64,000 nucleotides of DNA from Octopus vulgaris (GCA_951406725.2 OX597815.1:81902001-81966000); one strand, 5' to 3'; positions 13,959 to 27,739 are shown, numbered from the stretch's first letter. Translations and numbers: made by a program. Notes: generated by a model not told the origin, from the sequence alone.

Positions 13959-14076
13959 TTAAATAGGTATTATCTCAAGACCTTAAATAGGTATTATCTC
14001 AAGACCTTAAATAGGTATTATCTCAAGACCTTAAATAGGGGGTCTTTACTTTTTAAATAGGTATTGTCTCAAGACC
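13959..14076. repeat. 24-bp tandem repeat TTAAATAGGTATTATCTCAAGACC x3.4 plus one detached copy
   Basis: Units start at 13959, 13983, 14007, 14031 (partial) and 14053. Confidence 0.92.
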
Positions 14077-14665
14077 TAGGACTTATGGTGTTAGTTCCGC
14101 ATTCCATTGTCTATAAATATTTGAGATTACAACAGTCGCGTCCACCCTAAACAGGAGGCCACTCCAACGCAGGATTACAGGAACAGCGTGAAATGAAGTG
14201 TTTTGCTCAAGAACATAATGCAACGCTCGGTCAGGGAATCGAAACCACAACCTTGTAGTTGTAAGCGCAACCTGTAGGCCACAGGCCTTTACTTAGAAAA
14301 TAAAGCGTATCATATAATATAAATATATAAAGCATATTATCAGATAATTTTGTTCGTTCACCCCACCACCCTCCTCCTACGTGGCACTCAGCCGTCATGT
14401 GTATAAAAAGAGGTAAAATTTATTTAAATTTTAAAAACGATAAACAAAAGTTGCACAGGAAGAATACAGCTACAAAAACCATAAAACACCACGATAAAAA
14501 TAACTTTCGAGTTAATTCAAATAACTTTGCAAAGGATTAAACAAATGGAAAATAACAAGAATGAACAAATTTATCTGACAACGTAATGCGATAAATATGG
14601 GGTGGAGCCATAAAATGTACTACAACAGAAAGCAGATTAAAATTTAACAATTAACACATCTGAAT

Positions 14666-14980
14666 ACAGGGGTGTGAAGCCAGCAACTGACTCCTGAGGT
14701 TTCATATAAGATTTTTTGGCGTCCGCGTAACAGAATAGTAAATTGGGGATCACAATAGTATTTAAAGGGTCCCTGAGAATAATTTGCTTTAGATGTATGT
14801 ATTGTAAGAAACAGCTAGGTGTCTTACTTTAATATTTTACATAGTTCAACCTAGACAAGTTAATGTGTGAAAAACAAATTAGGAATTTTGTAAAAAAGTT
14901 TCTTCAAAAATAGTTTTTAAAAATTGCATGGCTATAGGGGTCCGCCAGAATAAAAGAGTATTTCAGAGGGGTCCATAGTG
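14666..14980 (+). mobile_element. hAT-type MITE relic related to 61617-61865
   Basis: Shared CATATAAGATTTT and AGGGGTCCATAG-type motifs; CAGGGG terminus. Confidence 0.45.
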
Positions 14981-16149
14981 ATCTAGATGGCCTTGTGATA
15001 ACCAGGAAGACCATTCAGCTTCTCCATTCAACATGTCATTAGCCTCTGGTGTTGATGGTGCTGTGAATGAGCCAATTTTGACTATTTCTTTTCAAGCCAT
15101 CCTTAGAAATGTAATCGGTGATGTCGCAACAGCAGTAGCAGCCATAATTCCCCTCCCTGCCGTTTGCGTTCAGAAGCCTGCAACAGTTGCCAACCACCAC
15201 AAAAACAATAAAAGAAACTTTAAAACAACAATAATAACAGTAAAAATATCAACAACAAAAAAACACTCCTCAACTTTGCTGTTGTTCGCAAAAACCACAA
15301 TGAGTTTATGGAGTTCATAGAATTACAAACGGTACAAAAATTTAAGGGAAGGGGTGGGAACACTCCTAAAATCTGCATGTAGAAAACAAATATACTTTTA
15401 CATACTTTAAAAAGAAAAAATAATAAAGAAAATAAGCAAAGAAAAAAGAATGGTACGAATTCTTCCAAGAAATAGACTCAAGGTTTTCAGAATTCAACAA
15501 CAGATTTACCAACATAAAAACTTCAGAACATATTCAACCAAAATAATTATACATGTATCTTAAAAATATATCCTATAAGAATACATAAAAAAAAGAAGAA
15601 AAAATTACAGCCTCAGTTGTACAGTAGAAATAGCCAAACCCCTAAGAAACTTAGGATAACCTCAAACAAAATATACCAAAACCACATAACCGAAATGGGA
15701 TACAGCAACAAACAACTACTAAACAAAGAAATGAATAAAAAGTAAAAAAAACAAAAACAGAAACCAGGCAACTGGTAAATGTATTCAACATAAAAGCACA
15801 GGACTAACAGTTAACAATTCTATTCAAATTTTGGTACAAGGCCAGCAATTTTGGACGTGGGGGGTAAGTCGATTATATCGACCCCAGTGCGTAACTGGTA
15901 CTTATTTTATCGACCCGAAAAGGATGAAAGGAAAAGTCGAACTCGGCAGAAATTGAACTTTTCTCCTGGTGTGCTAACGTTTTACCAGCTCGCAGCCTTT
16001 ACTATGTAGAGTAATTAGCAACAACAATAAAAACAATAATTGATACATCACGTCCTTTATCCTTATACAGTCTCAAATAATATAAACACACAGCAACACC
16101 AAGCAAATATGCATACTAAGAGATTTCTCGAATATCAGCCACCAAGCCG

Positions 16150-16180
<31 letters not shown>

Positions 16181-16269
16181 CAAAACAAGAATATGAAACG
16201 AAACATACGCACATTCCACTACGTCTGCGATTTTGATCTTTTCTTTTCATTAGAATTTCAAAAGTTATA

Positions 16270-16770
16270 GGGTAATCTAGAAACTCAGAAGCCCTAATGT
16301 ACACTTAAGACATCTACAGCCTGGAGGAATCACTGCACTCGCGAATATTCAAAACTACCGGGATTGTTAAATTCCCAATAGCTCACACATCTGCACATCT
16401 ACAAACAATCACATTCAGACCATTAGTATCCTTAACCACCTTACCTCTAAAAAATCAAATTCAGAAAGTTTCGGTAATACAAATACAAAAAAAAAAAAAA
16501 AACCCCTCTCACACACAGTATCGTAGTTAGGAGGGAGCAAGGAGGGGACCTCTAACCCAGGAACGCTTTTTGGGACAGTACCTTCGGATCTGCTATATAA
16601 GCCTATATCGAGGGCAGATGGGCAGAGAGACTGAGAGGCAGAGGGGCATGGAATTGGTAAACACAAAGGATACCCTCGGACGACACACATTCTAGTTACG
16701 CTTCTGCCAATTGAAACACCTCTGTCTACCATCAATATCAGTGAATGTTTCTACTCTATAACCGACTATC
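16270..16770 (-). mobile_element. Possible highly decayed L1/Tx1-like LINE C-terminal relic
   Basis: GC-richer stretch with a knuckle-like remnant (YSRSEGTVP) beside a long A-rich tract; weak. Confidence 0.3.
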
Positions 16771-16777
16771 CATCTAA

Positions 16778-17333
16778 CCCTTTAGCATTCACATTATTCT
16801 GTCAAAAGCAATGCTTAATTATCCACATTGCTTTCAGTTAATCTGCATTATCTTGTAGCTTCAATTTTTTGATGAATTAACTGCTAATTTTTAGAATGAT
16901 ATAATAAGGTTGGTGTCAGAGGCTAAACTTGGCAATTTTGAATATAAAGCCGGTAGAATATTTTGGCCGGAAGGCGGCGAGCTGGCAGAAACGTTAGCAC
17001 GCCGGGCGAAACGCTTAGAAGTATTTCGTCTGCCGCTACGTTCTGAGTTCAAATTCCGCCGAGGTCGACTTTGCCTTTCATCCTTTCGGGGTCGATTAAA
17101 TAAGTGCCAGTTACGCACTGGGGTCGATATAATCGACTTAATCCGTTTGTCTATCTTTGTTTGTCGTCTCTGTGTTTAGCCCCTTGTGCGTAGTAAAGAA
17201 ATAAGTATTTCGTCTGCCGTTACGTTCTGAGTTCAAATTCCGCCGAAGTCGACTTTACCTTTCATCTTTTCGGGGTTGATAAATTAAGTACCAGTTACGA
17301 ACTGGGGTTATGATCAGTTTAAGTACTAAAAGG
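16778..17333 (+). mobile_element. piggyBac-type MITE (CTAA|CCCTTTAGCATT ... AGTACTAAAAGG|TTAA) interrupted by a dimeric SINE A at 16971-17308
   Basis: Imperfect TIRs with TTAA-like flanks; SINE A head and two cores inside. Confidence 0.65.
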
Positions 17334-18949
17334 TTAAACGATTGATATTAAAGAAACCAACACAAAATTTTAGCTAACAAACAGTCTACAATTTTGACTG
17401 GAGTATCATAAGGATATGTTCTTTTACCATTTTCCAGTTTATATCGATTCGATCTGATAACAAGTTTATGAAACAAAGGGACAAACTCATATGCAGAAGA
17501 CATCATTTTTATTTATATTTACGTCCTTCCATCATCTTACCGAAACGGCTGTACAACTTTTCCACGTTGCAATCACTGAGAAATTTGGATCTCCAACAAT
17601 AGACTTAAAGCAGGCTCGATCAATTCCATTATCTCTCTTCTTACAAACGACATCACAGAACACCATGTATTACGAACCATCATACTAAAAACACAATACA
17701 AAAATACTAAAAGTTACATACATCTCTTTCACAGTATTCACAACACACGCCGAAAACATTCTATAGATAGCCAAATGACACGTTTAAAGCCGTCCCACGC
17801 ACCATACTTGACTAATAGAACGAAACAACAACAATGGTATACAAAGAATACAATGGATCTAACATGGACAGTGTCCATCCAATTGGAGTCCCAGCAGACC
17901 CCAATAAACTACAAGGAGCACAGAACGATGTTCCATGTATTACACCAAGTTGTACATACACCTTATCAACAGATGACTTTTCACAATGAAACAATAATTC
18001 CAAGAAAAGTGAAATGCCAAATGAATACATACAAGAAAATAGTTTGTTATTGCAGCAAGCAGCAAGCTTCAAACCAGCAATCGTTGTCACTACATAAAAA
18101 AGAAAAAGAAGCTTCCGACCTGCCAACATTAGCAACATCCTAAAGACACTACCTTTCCACTCAACCTTGATAAACATAAGAAATACAACCATATAAATAG
18201 TCTCAACGTGATTAGCATTACGAATGCTGTTAGCCGTGATGTGTGCGAGCAGAAGAATGATAACCGCCGCACTCTGACTAAATGTGCCTTTCTGACATCG
18301 TTGTCGTTCACCACTAGAATCAACGGTGCACAAAGTAAACAGGAACAGTGGAGCGGGTGCAATATGTCTAGAATGTCACATGACACCCCATACTATTCCT
18401 CTCTGCTTGCTGGCATGTGCTATATACCCCTCAGTTAGGTGGGGACATGGTGTCATTGAGACGAAGGATTTGTGGGCCGCTCCTCGTTCTTCAACCGACT
18501 TCTTAGTTCTACATCCGCAGAACAGGTTGTGGTTGCGGTGGTTATATTAGTAGTCACAGAAGGAGGAGGAAGAGGGGAGGAGGTAGAGACAAAGAAAAAT
18601 AGAAAGAATCCAAGATTGGTGGCAACAACGCTAAACAGCAACACAAATAAAAATAAAGATTGACGTCAGTAAAAGGGATGGAATAAGAAGTAGGAGGAGG
18701 TGGTGGTTGGAATGGAAGGGGAAGAGAGCAAAAAACACAAATGAGAAGCGCAACAGCTAGAACTTTAATAATAATAATAATAACAACAACAATAACAACA
18801 GCTAAAACAGTAATAGCAACAATAGAAACGAAATGAGAACATCTTAAAGAAGAACGATTGTAAAGATATTAAGAGTTCAAAAACTAAAACATTGGAACAA
18901 AGTGGTAGAGGGGGAAAAAGGCAGCATGGTAGAGAGGAGAAGAAAGTGT

Positions 18950-18990
18950 TAATTATGATGATGATGATGATGATGATGACGAGAACATTG

Positions 18991-19022
<32 letters not shown>

Positions 19023-19145
19023 GATAGTGATGACGGCGATGATGATGATGATGATGGTCGATGGTGGTGGTGGTAGTGTTGACTACGACAACGATGATGA
19101 CGACGACGATAAAATTGATGATGATAATCATGAAGTTGTTGCTGT

Positions 19146-19178
<33 letters not shown>

Positions 19179-19600
19179 GGGCGGTGGTAGTGGTGATAAT
19201 GGTGATGGTGTTGGTGATGATAGTGGCGATGCTGGCAGCAATGATGATGGCGGTGATAATGATGACTGCAATTATGATAATGATGATGATGATGATAATG
19301 ATAATGACGAGAATGATGGAGGTTTGTGTTTGCCATGATGATAGTCATTGAAACTACAATTGCTACTGTTGCTGCTACTGCTGCTACTGCTGCTGCTGCT
19401 GCTAATTCAGTGTTGTTGGGGATGCTAAATGGTTGCATGGATGATGAAGATACTGTTGCTGGAAAAACATGATAAAACAAGCATATTATCAAACAACAAG
19501 AACAAGAACAACAGCAACAACAAATTATCAGCAACAGTAACCACCACAATATTGCAACAACCACCATCACAACAACAACAACAACAACAACTACTGTACG
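18950..19600. repeat. (GAT)n/(GCT)n/(CAA)n trinucleotide field
   Basis: Directly visible. Confidence 0.95.
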
Positions 19601-20118
19601 CCACTGTGGGACTCCTTTTACAATGAAGTTGGAACTGCTAAAATTAGTTGCCAAGTTTTCCCTAAGCTGCTCCTTGCAGTCTCGTGAAGGGAAAAATAAT
19701 ACAATGAAATGATTTAATTTCGGAAATGAAGTAAATTCTTCCAATATTTGGAACAATAAATATGTATGTGTGTGTATATACATATATGTCTTCATCCAAG
19801 ATGGAGACGATCACCGATGATCCATGTGGTATGCTTGATAATCGCTAAGGGATTTCTCTTAATATGAAACTAATGGTAGCCTTAAATCATAAATAAAGAA
19901 ATTTTATCCACCAAAAGCGGCGTTGGGAACTTATTCTCATTGTTCGGTAAATATAAAAAAATGTTATGTTGCGATTCAGTATTGCTACTGTTTATATCTC
20001 GCTCAATGATTTAATATAGCTTATTTCTCCTATTTCGAGATCAGTGACAGTTTGTCGCTGGAAAAAAGCATATGGTATTTTGCGAGTGAAATGAGTTTTC
20101 ATCACTAGTTAGTGACTA

Positions 20119-20164
20119 ACACAGACTGAGGACGGGTAACCACGCAGAAACTCGAGTCCGTGTG
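20119..20164 (+). ncRNA. Degenerate type I hammerhead
   Basis: ACACAGA-CTGAGGA-CGGGTAACCACGCA-GAAAC-TCGA-GTC-CGTGTG; palindromic stem III ACTCGAGT; stems I and II damaged. Confidence 0.55.
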
Positions 20165-20348
20165 CATCACGTAAGGCTAGAGATGGGAGCGATGATCTCA
20201 CCTCGCAAATACTAATCGGATACAGAATGTGTGTTGTTAGCCAGCTGGAAGAGATGTCTTCTTGGGGCTATAAACGTCAATAGCACTGTCCTGTATAGCA
20301 CACCACACTTGGTTGGCAATTATATGTCTGTATGTATGTGTATATATT

Positions 20349-20379
<31 letters not shown>

Positions 20380-20429
20380 ACACACACACATACACACACA
20401 CATACACACACACACACATATATATATAT

Positions 20430-20585
20430 ATAAATCTTATGTACAAACAACAAAAACACAAAAGAAAGCTAGAGATAGGTGAAGGAATAACAAACAAGGT
20501 GTATTAGTCTGACACTCAGAAAGGATGGAAAAGTCTTTGACGTTTCGATCCTACGCTCTTCGACAAAGAGGAATGAAGAAAGAGA
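20430..20585 (-). mobile_element. Penelope-like family P1 fragment with HHR-like motif at 20533-20570
   Basis: Minus strand CTCT-TTGTCGA-A-GAGC-GTAG-GATC-GAAAC-GTC-AAAG. Confidence 0.6.
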
Positions 20586-20598
20586 GAGAGAGAGGGGG

Positions 20599-20661
<63 letters not shown>

Positions 20662-21689
20662 GGAGGCAGAAAAGAAAATTGTGTCTGGCTTAACGGTTTC
20701 ATATGTCGAATTAACTGGAGAATGTGGTTGAATGGAAAGAGAGATAACAATACCCTGGCTAAAGTGTGTGCACAAGCACGTATGCGTATGTAAGGATGAT
20801 ATGTGTGAGTGTATATTTGTGTATGGGTGAGCCCGTGTGTATGTGTGGGCAAGTATAATATGTGAGCGTATGTGTGCATGTGTGTATGTGTGTGTGTGTG
20901 TGTGTGTATGTACGTATCAGAGCGTGTGCATGTGTACGTATGGGTGTGCATGTTTATGTGCAAACAAGTACGTGAGCTGTCTGGAGCGATGTGCGCGTGT
21001 GTGTATGGACGTGTGTATATGTGTGGGTGTCAGAGGCTGTGTTACGCATGTGTGTGTAAAGAAATCACATGCGTGTGTAGCAGCTAAAATGTGCGTGTAT
21101 GTTGTGCAAAGTAACTTGTGTGTGTGCGTTTGTTCATGCATGCGCATGTCTGTGCATAAAGTGTGTTTGTGCATGAAGTGTGTGTGACACTGTTGCGTGC
21201 GTGTGCGTGTTATGCTTGTTTGTGTGTGCGTGTATGTATATGAGCAAGTGTGCGTGTCCCTGTTATCAGTTGGTGTGTGTATATGGGGCTGTTGGATAAA
21301 GTGTGTGTGTGTACGGAGTTGATATGTGTGTAATATTCTATCTTGGTACATATGTGTGTATGTAAGGGCGCTTGTATGTGTGCGCGAGGCCATCTGGTTT
21401 GCGTGTGTTGTGTGGAAATCATAGAAGTGCGAGGTGGAATAGGGGTGACGGAAGATAGGGGTTGTGTGCTGGTGTATGTTGTTAATGGGAAGGCATGTGC
21501 ATGTGCATGCGCGTGTGGGTGATTGTAGGTGTTTGTATATGCTGCAGGGGCATAATGGTGCGTATGGTGGGGTTAATGAGGTTTTAACGGTGTAGAGGTG
21601 TGTTGGGGTGGATGTGGAGGGGCAGTGAAACGTGTGCGGTGTGTGGTGTGTGCGAATGTGTGTGGGAATGGGTTTAGATGAAGAGAAGG

Positions 21690-23720
21690 GACGAATTAAG
21701 ACCGTGTCATTGCCGAGTCTGATCTCCCGGAGATTTTCGGCCAACCGGTTGGCTAAGCTCCAGCCCATTTGACCAATGACAGAGAGAGTAGGGGATATAA
21801 TAAATCACATTGCTGGAGGTGCAGGTGAATGAACTGGCGATGTAGTAATGTTGGAGGATCTTTGTGGTTTTCGTCACTCTATGTCGAAATCTTAAAAAAG
21901 AGAAAAAAAAAAAGTTAATGTATCATATAGATGTAGTTTTTGATGCTGAATCCGAATTTGTTATTTATTTATTCCAGAAAAATCATGCGAAAATGTTACA
22001 GGTGTTCAAAGTTTGATAATTTTTAGAATTTTCAGCCAATCAGAAGACAGCGCGTTCGCTCCCTCTTCCAACATCTGACACAGTAGCGAGAAAGCGGGCG
22101 GTAGGTTTGGGGTGGGGTGTGTGCACTGGCATGTCAAAACATTAAACTAGCTACAGTAAACAGTGAAGAGCATTAAAATATTCGCGAGCAAAGTTACGAG
22201 CAAACCAACAGGAGTTGCTAGAAATAACATTCAAAACATTAAAATATACACGAGCAAAGTGGGAAACATTAAAACATTCGCAAGCAAATTAAATATTCAA
22301 AAACTACGAGCAAACCAACAGGAGTTGCTAGAAATAACAGTCAAAACATGTGGTTATACTCCTAGTGCGCATGCACAGCATCTTTGGTTACTATGGAAAC
22401 GGAGTTCTTCGCAATCAGCTATGGAACGCGTGATGCTTCTTTGCTTTGGTTACTATGGAAACAGAGTTCATCGCCATAGTGACGTGTAAAATACTCGTCG
22501 CTGGCTAAAATACTAAAATTTTGCAAATTTTAAAGGCTAATGACTCTTTAATTGTGGGTTTATATGAAAAATGAATTTCATTTTCATAATTAGCATACAA
22601 AACTTAATCCACATACCAAATTTGAAAACAATGGGACAAAATTGTAGACAGTGACGAAAACCACAAAGATGCGTGTTGGAGAGCTAAGAGTCGGTGCGGC
22701 AGCGTTTGCTAGGGCAAAGGAACGAGCCAGGCTGAGTGTCAGGAGTGGGGAAGAAGCCATGGGCCATAAAGTTGGGCTCGTAGGTTATGGAATTGTGGGC
22801 TGAGGAAGATGTAGGTGATGGAGGGGTCAGACTGGGGTCGCGGAAAGACCGAAGAATTGTGCGTTGGTGGGGTAGGGTGGAAGGGTGGTAAGTGAGGAGC
22901 AAAGGGAAGCGGTGAGTGGTGGTTGCAGGGAGAGAGAGTGGAAACACAGTCAACAGATCATCTACGGACGAGGGTGGTTGTATAAAGGTGATGTTGTATC
23001 CCCGTTGGGTGGAGAGGTGAGCCATGAGTTGGGACTGTGTCTCGAGGTCATGGTCGTCACTGCAGAGCCGGCGGGGACGGAGGAATTGAAAGTACTGGAC
23101 AGCTTGGTGTGGGTGGGATTGAAAGTGGAGAAATGCCAAGGATATTGATGGAGATGTCAGAGACAGAAGAATTCGAGGGTGAGCTGAAAGGTCTGGACGA
23201 AGCAGAGAAGGAGTGTAGATATTCGCGGGAATGTGAGGTCGCGTCGATACAGTCGTCAATGTAACGACCATATAGCTTAGGAATGAACTATGAGAATATC
23301 TAGGCTTGACGTAGCCGACAAACAGGTTCGCATAGTTAGGGTTCCACTCACGTTCCCATGACAACTCCCGAGAACTGATGATAAAATTCACCTGTGAAAG
23401 AGAAGCGGTCAAGAGAGATTAGGAGTTCAGATAAACGTAGGAGGGCAGTGATGTCAGGTTGAAGATCGGAACGAAGATCGAGAAAGTATTTCAAATCAAG
23501 GAGGACTTCGTTGTGAGGAATGACGGTGTATAATGATTTTACGTCAAGGGTGGACAGGATCTGGGGGGTCCGAAAGGAAAGGAGAAAGAACTGAATAGAT
23601 TAAGTGCATGGTTGATGACGTGAATGTGTGAGGACAATGAAGCCACTACGGGTACGAGAGCAAAGTCAAGGTATTCGGTGGGGCAACTGCAGGCGGAAAC
23701 GATGGGGCGGCTGGAGTTGT
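21690..23720 (-). mobile_element. Penelope-like retroelement relic (RT plus GIY-YIG endonuclease), frameshifted and interrupted by a DNA transposon
   Basis: Minus-strand LSTLDVKSLYTVIPH, NPNYANLFVGY and YGRYIDDCI RT motifs; past the insert, NVIYYIPYSLC...IGQMGWSLANRLAENLREIR is GIY-YIG-like. Confidence 0.85.
21857..22672. mobile_element. Non-autonomous TIR DNA transposon (816 bp), 8-9 bp TSD, MULE-like or hAT/P-like
   Basis: Perfect 21-bp inverted repeats ATCTTTGTGGTTTTCGTCACT (21858-21878 and 22650-22670); TGTTGGAG duplicated at 21849-21856 and 22674-22681. Confidence 0.85.
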
Positions 23721-23743
23721 TGGGATTATGGATTTTTGTGTGA

Positions 23744-23865
<122 letters not shown>

Positions 23866-23922
23866 GTACATATATATGTATAAATACATGTATATATATA
23901 TGTATGTATATATATGTACATA

Positions 23923-23972
<50 letters not shown>

Positions 23973-23980
23973 AATATATA

Positions 23981-24027
<47 letters not shown>

Positions 24028-24337
24028 GTATATATATATATGTATATATATATGTATATATATATGTATATATATATATATATATACATACATATATAAA
24101 TATATAATGCATATATATATATATATATATATATACATACATACATATATATATATGTATGTGCGATACATGTATGCCTTTCTATAAAAACAAAAAATAA
24201 GTATACAAATTTGCTTAAATAACACAAATATTTTGTTATATTATTACATAATTGAATATAATTCATATAAACATTTATATATTTATGCAAAATTATACGG
24301 ACGCATACATAAATATGTGCGCGTGTGTAGATTTGTG

Positions 24338-24388
<51 letters not shown>

Positions 24389-24674
24389 ACATACGTACGC
24401 ACATATATACATCTATATGCTTTGATGTTTGGCGCATATTCTCAAACATCGGTGCAGGATGCTGTTACAGAGGAGATCGTATCACTTGGTCTGTCGGCCC
24501 GTCTGTTCGTATGTCTGACTGTCCGCCTGTATGTAATCTTAAGTGAAACAAACCAACTTCCTGCGCAAGAAGTTAACCTGCCTGCGGTGCTCACCGCAAC
24601 ATCCCCATCTAACGTTTTCTTCCCAGCAGGGAGTGTGCCGGCATGCCTAGACTGTTGCACATGGTGCAAATACG

Positions 24675-24744
<70 letters not shown>

Positions 24745-24903
24745 TAAATGGGGAGAGATAGAATATAGATATATATTTACACATGAATATTCCATGCGTA
24801 AGATTACCTATCTATTTCGCTCTTCCTCTCTCTCTCTCTCTGTGCGCATGTGCGAGTGTGTATGCGCGCGCGTACAAGTGTTTGTATGTGTGCGTGTGTA
24901 TGT

Positions 24904-24939
<36 letters not shown>

Positions 24940-25111
24940 AATTATGCATGTATGCGATTATGCATGTGTGAGTTCGTGTGTATCTTCATATTTGCAACAG
25001 TTTGGTTATATTGAGAAGCTCTCGAGATCTTTGTTTCTCTGTTAACCTCAGTATATCTTTTGACTCTCTCGCTTCCTCTGGCGCTCACGCACGCACACAC
25101 ACACACATATA

Positions 25112-25144
<33 letters not shown>

Positions 25145-25470
25145 TTGCCTTTATCCGACAAATAACCTTCTTCTCCTCTTGTAAGTCTTATGGTGGCTGT
25201 ACATTTTACATACATGGGGTGCAGCTTCTCTTACTGAAAGGCCGCGTCAGTATTTAGTTGCAGGAAAGCAGCGATGTGGCGGAGTCGTTAGCACACCAGG
25301 CAAAATGCTTAACGGCATTTTGTCCGTCTGTATGTTCTGAGTTCAAACTCCACCGAGGTAGACTTTGCCTTTCATCCTTTCGGTGTCGATAGAATAATTA
25401 CCAATTGAGTACTGGGTTCGATGTAATCGACTTATCCAATTCCCCCAAACTGCTGGCCTTGTGCCATATT

Positions 25471-25987
25471 TGTTTCTTTATTGCCCACAAGAGACTAAAC
25501 ATAGAGGGGACAAACAAGGACAGACAAGGGGTTTAAGACGATTACATCGACCCCAGTGATTAACTGGTACTTATTTAATCGACCCCGAAAGGATGAAAGG
25601 CAAAGTCGACCTCGGCGGAATTTGAACTCAGAACGTAACGGCAGACGAAATACCTATTTCTTTACTACCCACAAGGGGCTAAACATAGAGGGGACAAACA
25701 AGGACAGACAAACAGATTAAGTCGATTACATCGACCCCAGTGCGTAACTGGTACTTATTTAATCAACCCCGAAAGGATGAAAGGCAAAGTCGACCTCGGC
25801 GGAATTTGAACTCAGAACGTAGCAGCAGACGAAATACCGCTAAGCGTTTCGCCCGGCGTGCTAACGTTTCTGCCAGCTCGCCACCCTACACCAGATGTAG
25901 TATTAATGCCAAAATATAGTCTTTATATCCAACTTAACATGGAAGCCTTGTTAGAGCACCGAATATTGCGTTATTAGCCCTGAGAGA
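25471..25987 (-). mobile_element. Dimeric SINE A insertion with 100 bp of captured flank and 15-bp TSD, inserted in the tail of another SINE A (25262-25470)
   Basis: GCCTTGTGCCATATT at 25456-25470 and 25988-26002; 25887-25986 is the reverse complement of 8970-9069. Confidence 0.88.
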
Positions 25988-26283
25988 GCCTTGTGCCATA
26001 TTGTTCAAGCTATATTGTTGTTTTCGTCGATATTATTGTTGTGGTTGTTGCTAGTGTAGTATTGATGACGTGTAGTTACAGTACTGTCTATGGAGGTTGG
26101 TTAGTTTTGAGTGCTCTTGCTAATTTGATCCAATTATCAAGAAAACAGCCAAATGGATATTGAACAATGATAAAAAAAAAAGAAGCAGTTGAAACCTGGG
26201 TCGATATAATCAACTAACTTCTTTCTCGAAATTGCTGGCCTTGTACCGAAATTTGAAGTCAATATTTAGTTGGAAGTAAGGTA

Positions 26284-26670
26284 ATGCTTAGCGGTATTTC
26301 GTCTTTACGTTCTGAGTTCAAATTCCGCCGAGGTCGACTTTGCTTTTCATCCTTTCGGGGTCGATGAATTAAGTACCAGTTGCGTACTGGGGTCGATCTA
26401 ATCGACTGGCCTCACCCCGAAAATTTCGGGCCCTGTGCCTAGAGTAGAAGAGAAAAAGCGGCGAGCTGGCAAAATCGCAAGCGCACCGGACAAAATGCTT
26501 AGGAGCATTGCGCCCATCTTTTACATTCTGAGTTCAAATTCCGCTGAGGTCGACTTTGCCTTTCATCCTTTCTGGGTCGATAAAATAAGTACCAGTGGAA
26601 CACTGGGGTCGATGTAATCGATTTAACTTCTCCACCGACGTTGCTGGTCTTGTGCTAAAATTTAAAGTCA
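26284..26670 (+). mobile_element. Two tandem SINE family A copies
   Basis: Family A B box and core occur twice. Confidence 0.85.
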
Positions 26671-27739
26671 ATATTTAGTTGGAGGTGCTGTATATATTAC
26701 TGAGTATATTCCTTTCTCCTTTCCCAAGTTGGTGCTGAGAGAGCATTTTTCATGTAGCGCTCTTTCAATTGATTTGGTTTCCTCTCCAACCAGGATCTGT
26801 CTATAGTGTGCAGCTGGTAATACTCAAAATGATGTAACTAACACTATGAATCGAAACTAGTGGTGTAAAACCAAATCCGCTGGTGTTTCTGATCCGATAT
26901 ATAGGATTCCTGCAGTTTGTTAAGCCCGCTAGAATATTCCAGAAGCAGAGTATTGTTAAAATACTCCAGGGTTTGCTGTAGCAACTTTGTGTGGTCTACA
27001 TTTCGCGTGTACACGCAAGCGTATTGTCATGCATACCCACGCACTCACACACACACACACACGCGCACACACACACACACACACACACACGCACATACAC
27101 ACACACACACACACACACTCATACACACATACACACACACTCTCAAAAGTCGTAGCTACTTCATAAAAAGCTTACCCTCAACAATGTCTGCAAACACATC
27201 TAGGTCTCAGTACATTTGTACTAATCACTCTCACATACCACCACAGGCATCTCCATTCATTCGCACTAACACACACGCGCGCGCGTGCGCATGCGTGCAC
27301 ATATACGTATAAAAGTGGAAGCATTTATGTATGTCAGTATGTATGTTGTTGATAAGAATGCCTATATATGTGCATATATTTACTTTTTATTTATGTATTT
27401 ATCAGAAATCTTGTTTGAAGAAATAAGCTAGTTTTTGACAAAGAAGCAAAACGCGATGCAAGAATTTGAACAACAAAAACATTAAGTATTTTGTTTGAAC
27501 TTTAGAAGAAACTTGCATATCTTTACTGTTCCGTTTCTAAATTGCATATGTAAATTGCCTGTTAGCCAGTGTGCTTGTTCGCCTGCAGATGCATGCATGC
27601 ATGCATACATGCATACATGCATCCATCCATTCATCCAATCATCCATCCATCCATCCATTTCATACATACATACATACATACATACATACATACGTACATA
27701 CATACATACATACATACATATATACATATATACATACAT

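Noticed and set aside
13959-14076. CRISPR-like array
   Set aside because: Units are directly adjacent with no spacers, the context is eukaryotic, and there are no cas genes.
18892-19795. Poly-Met/Asp and poly-His ORFs
   Set aside because: Trinucleotide repeat field open on both strands; no splice or domain evidence.
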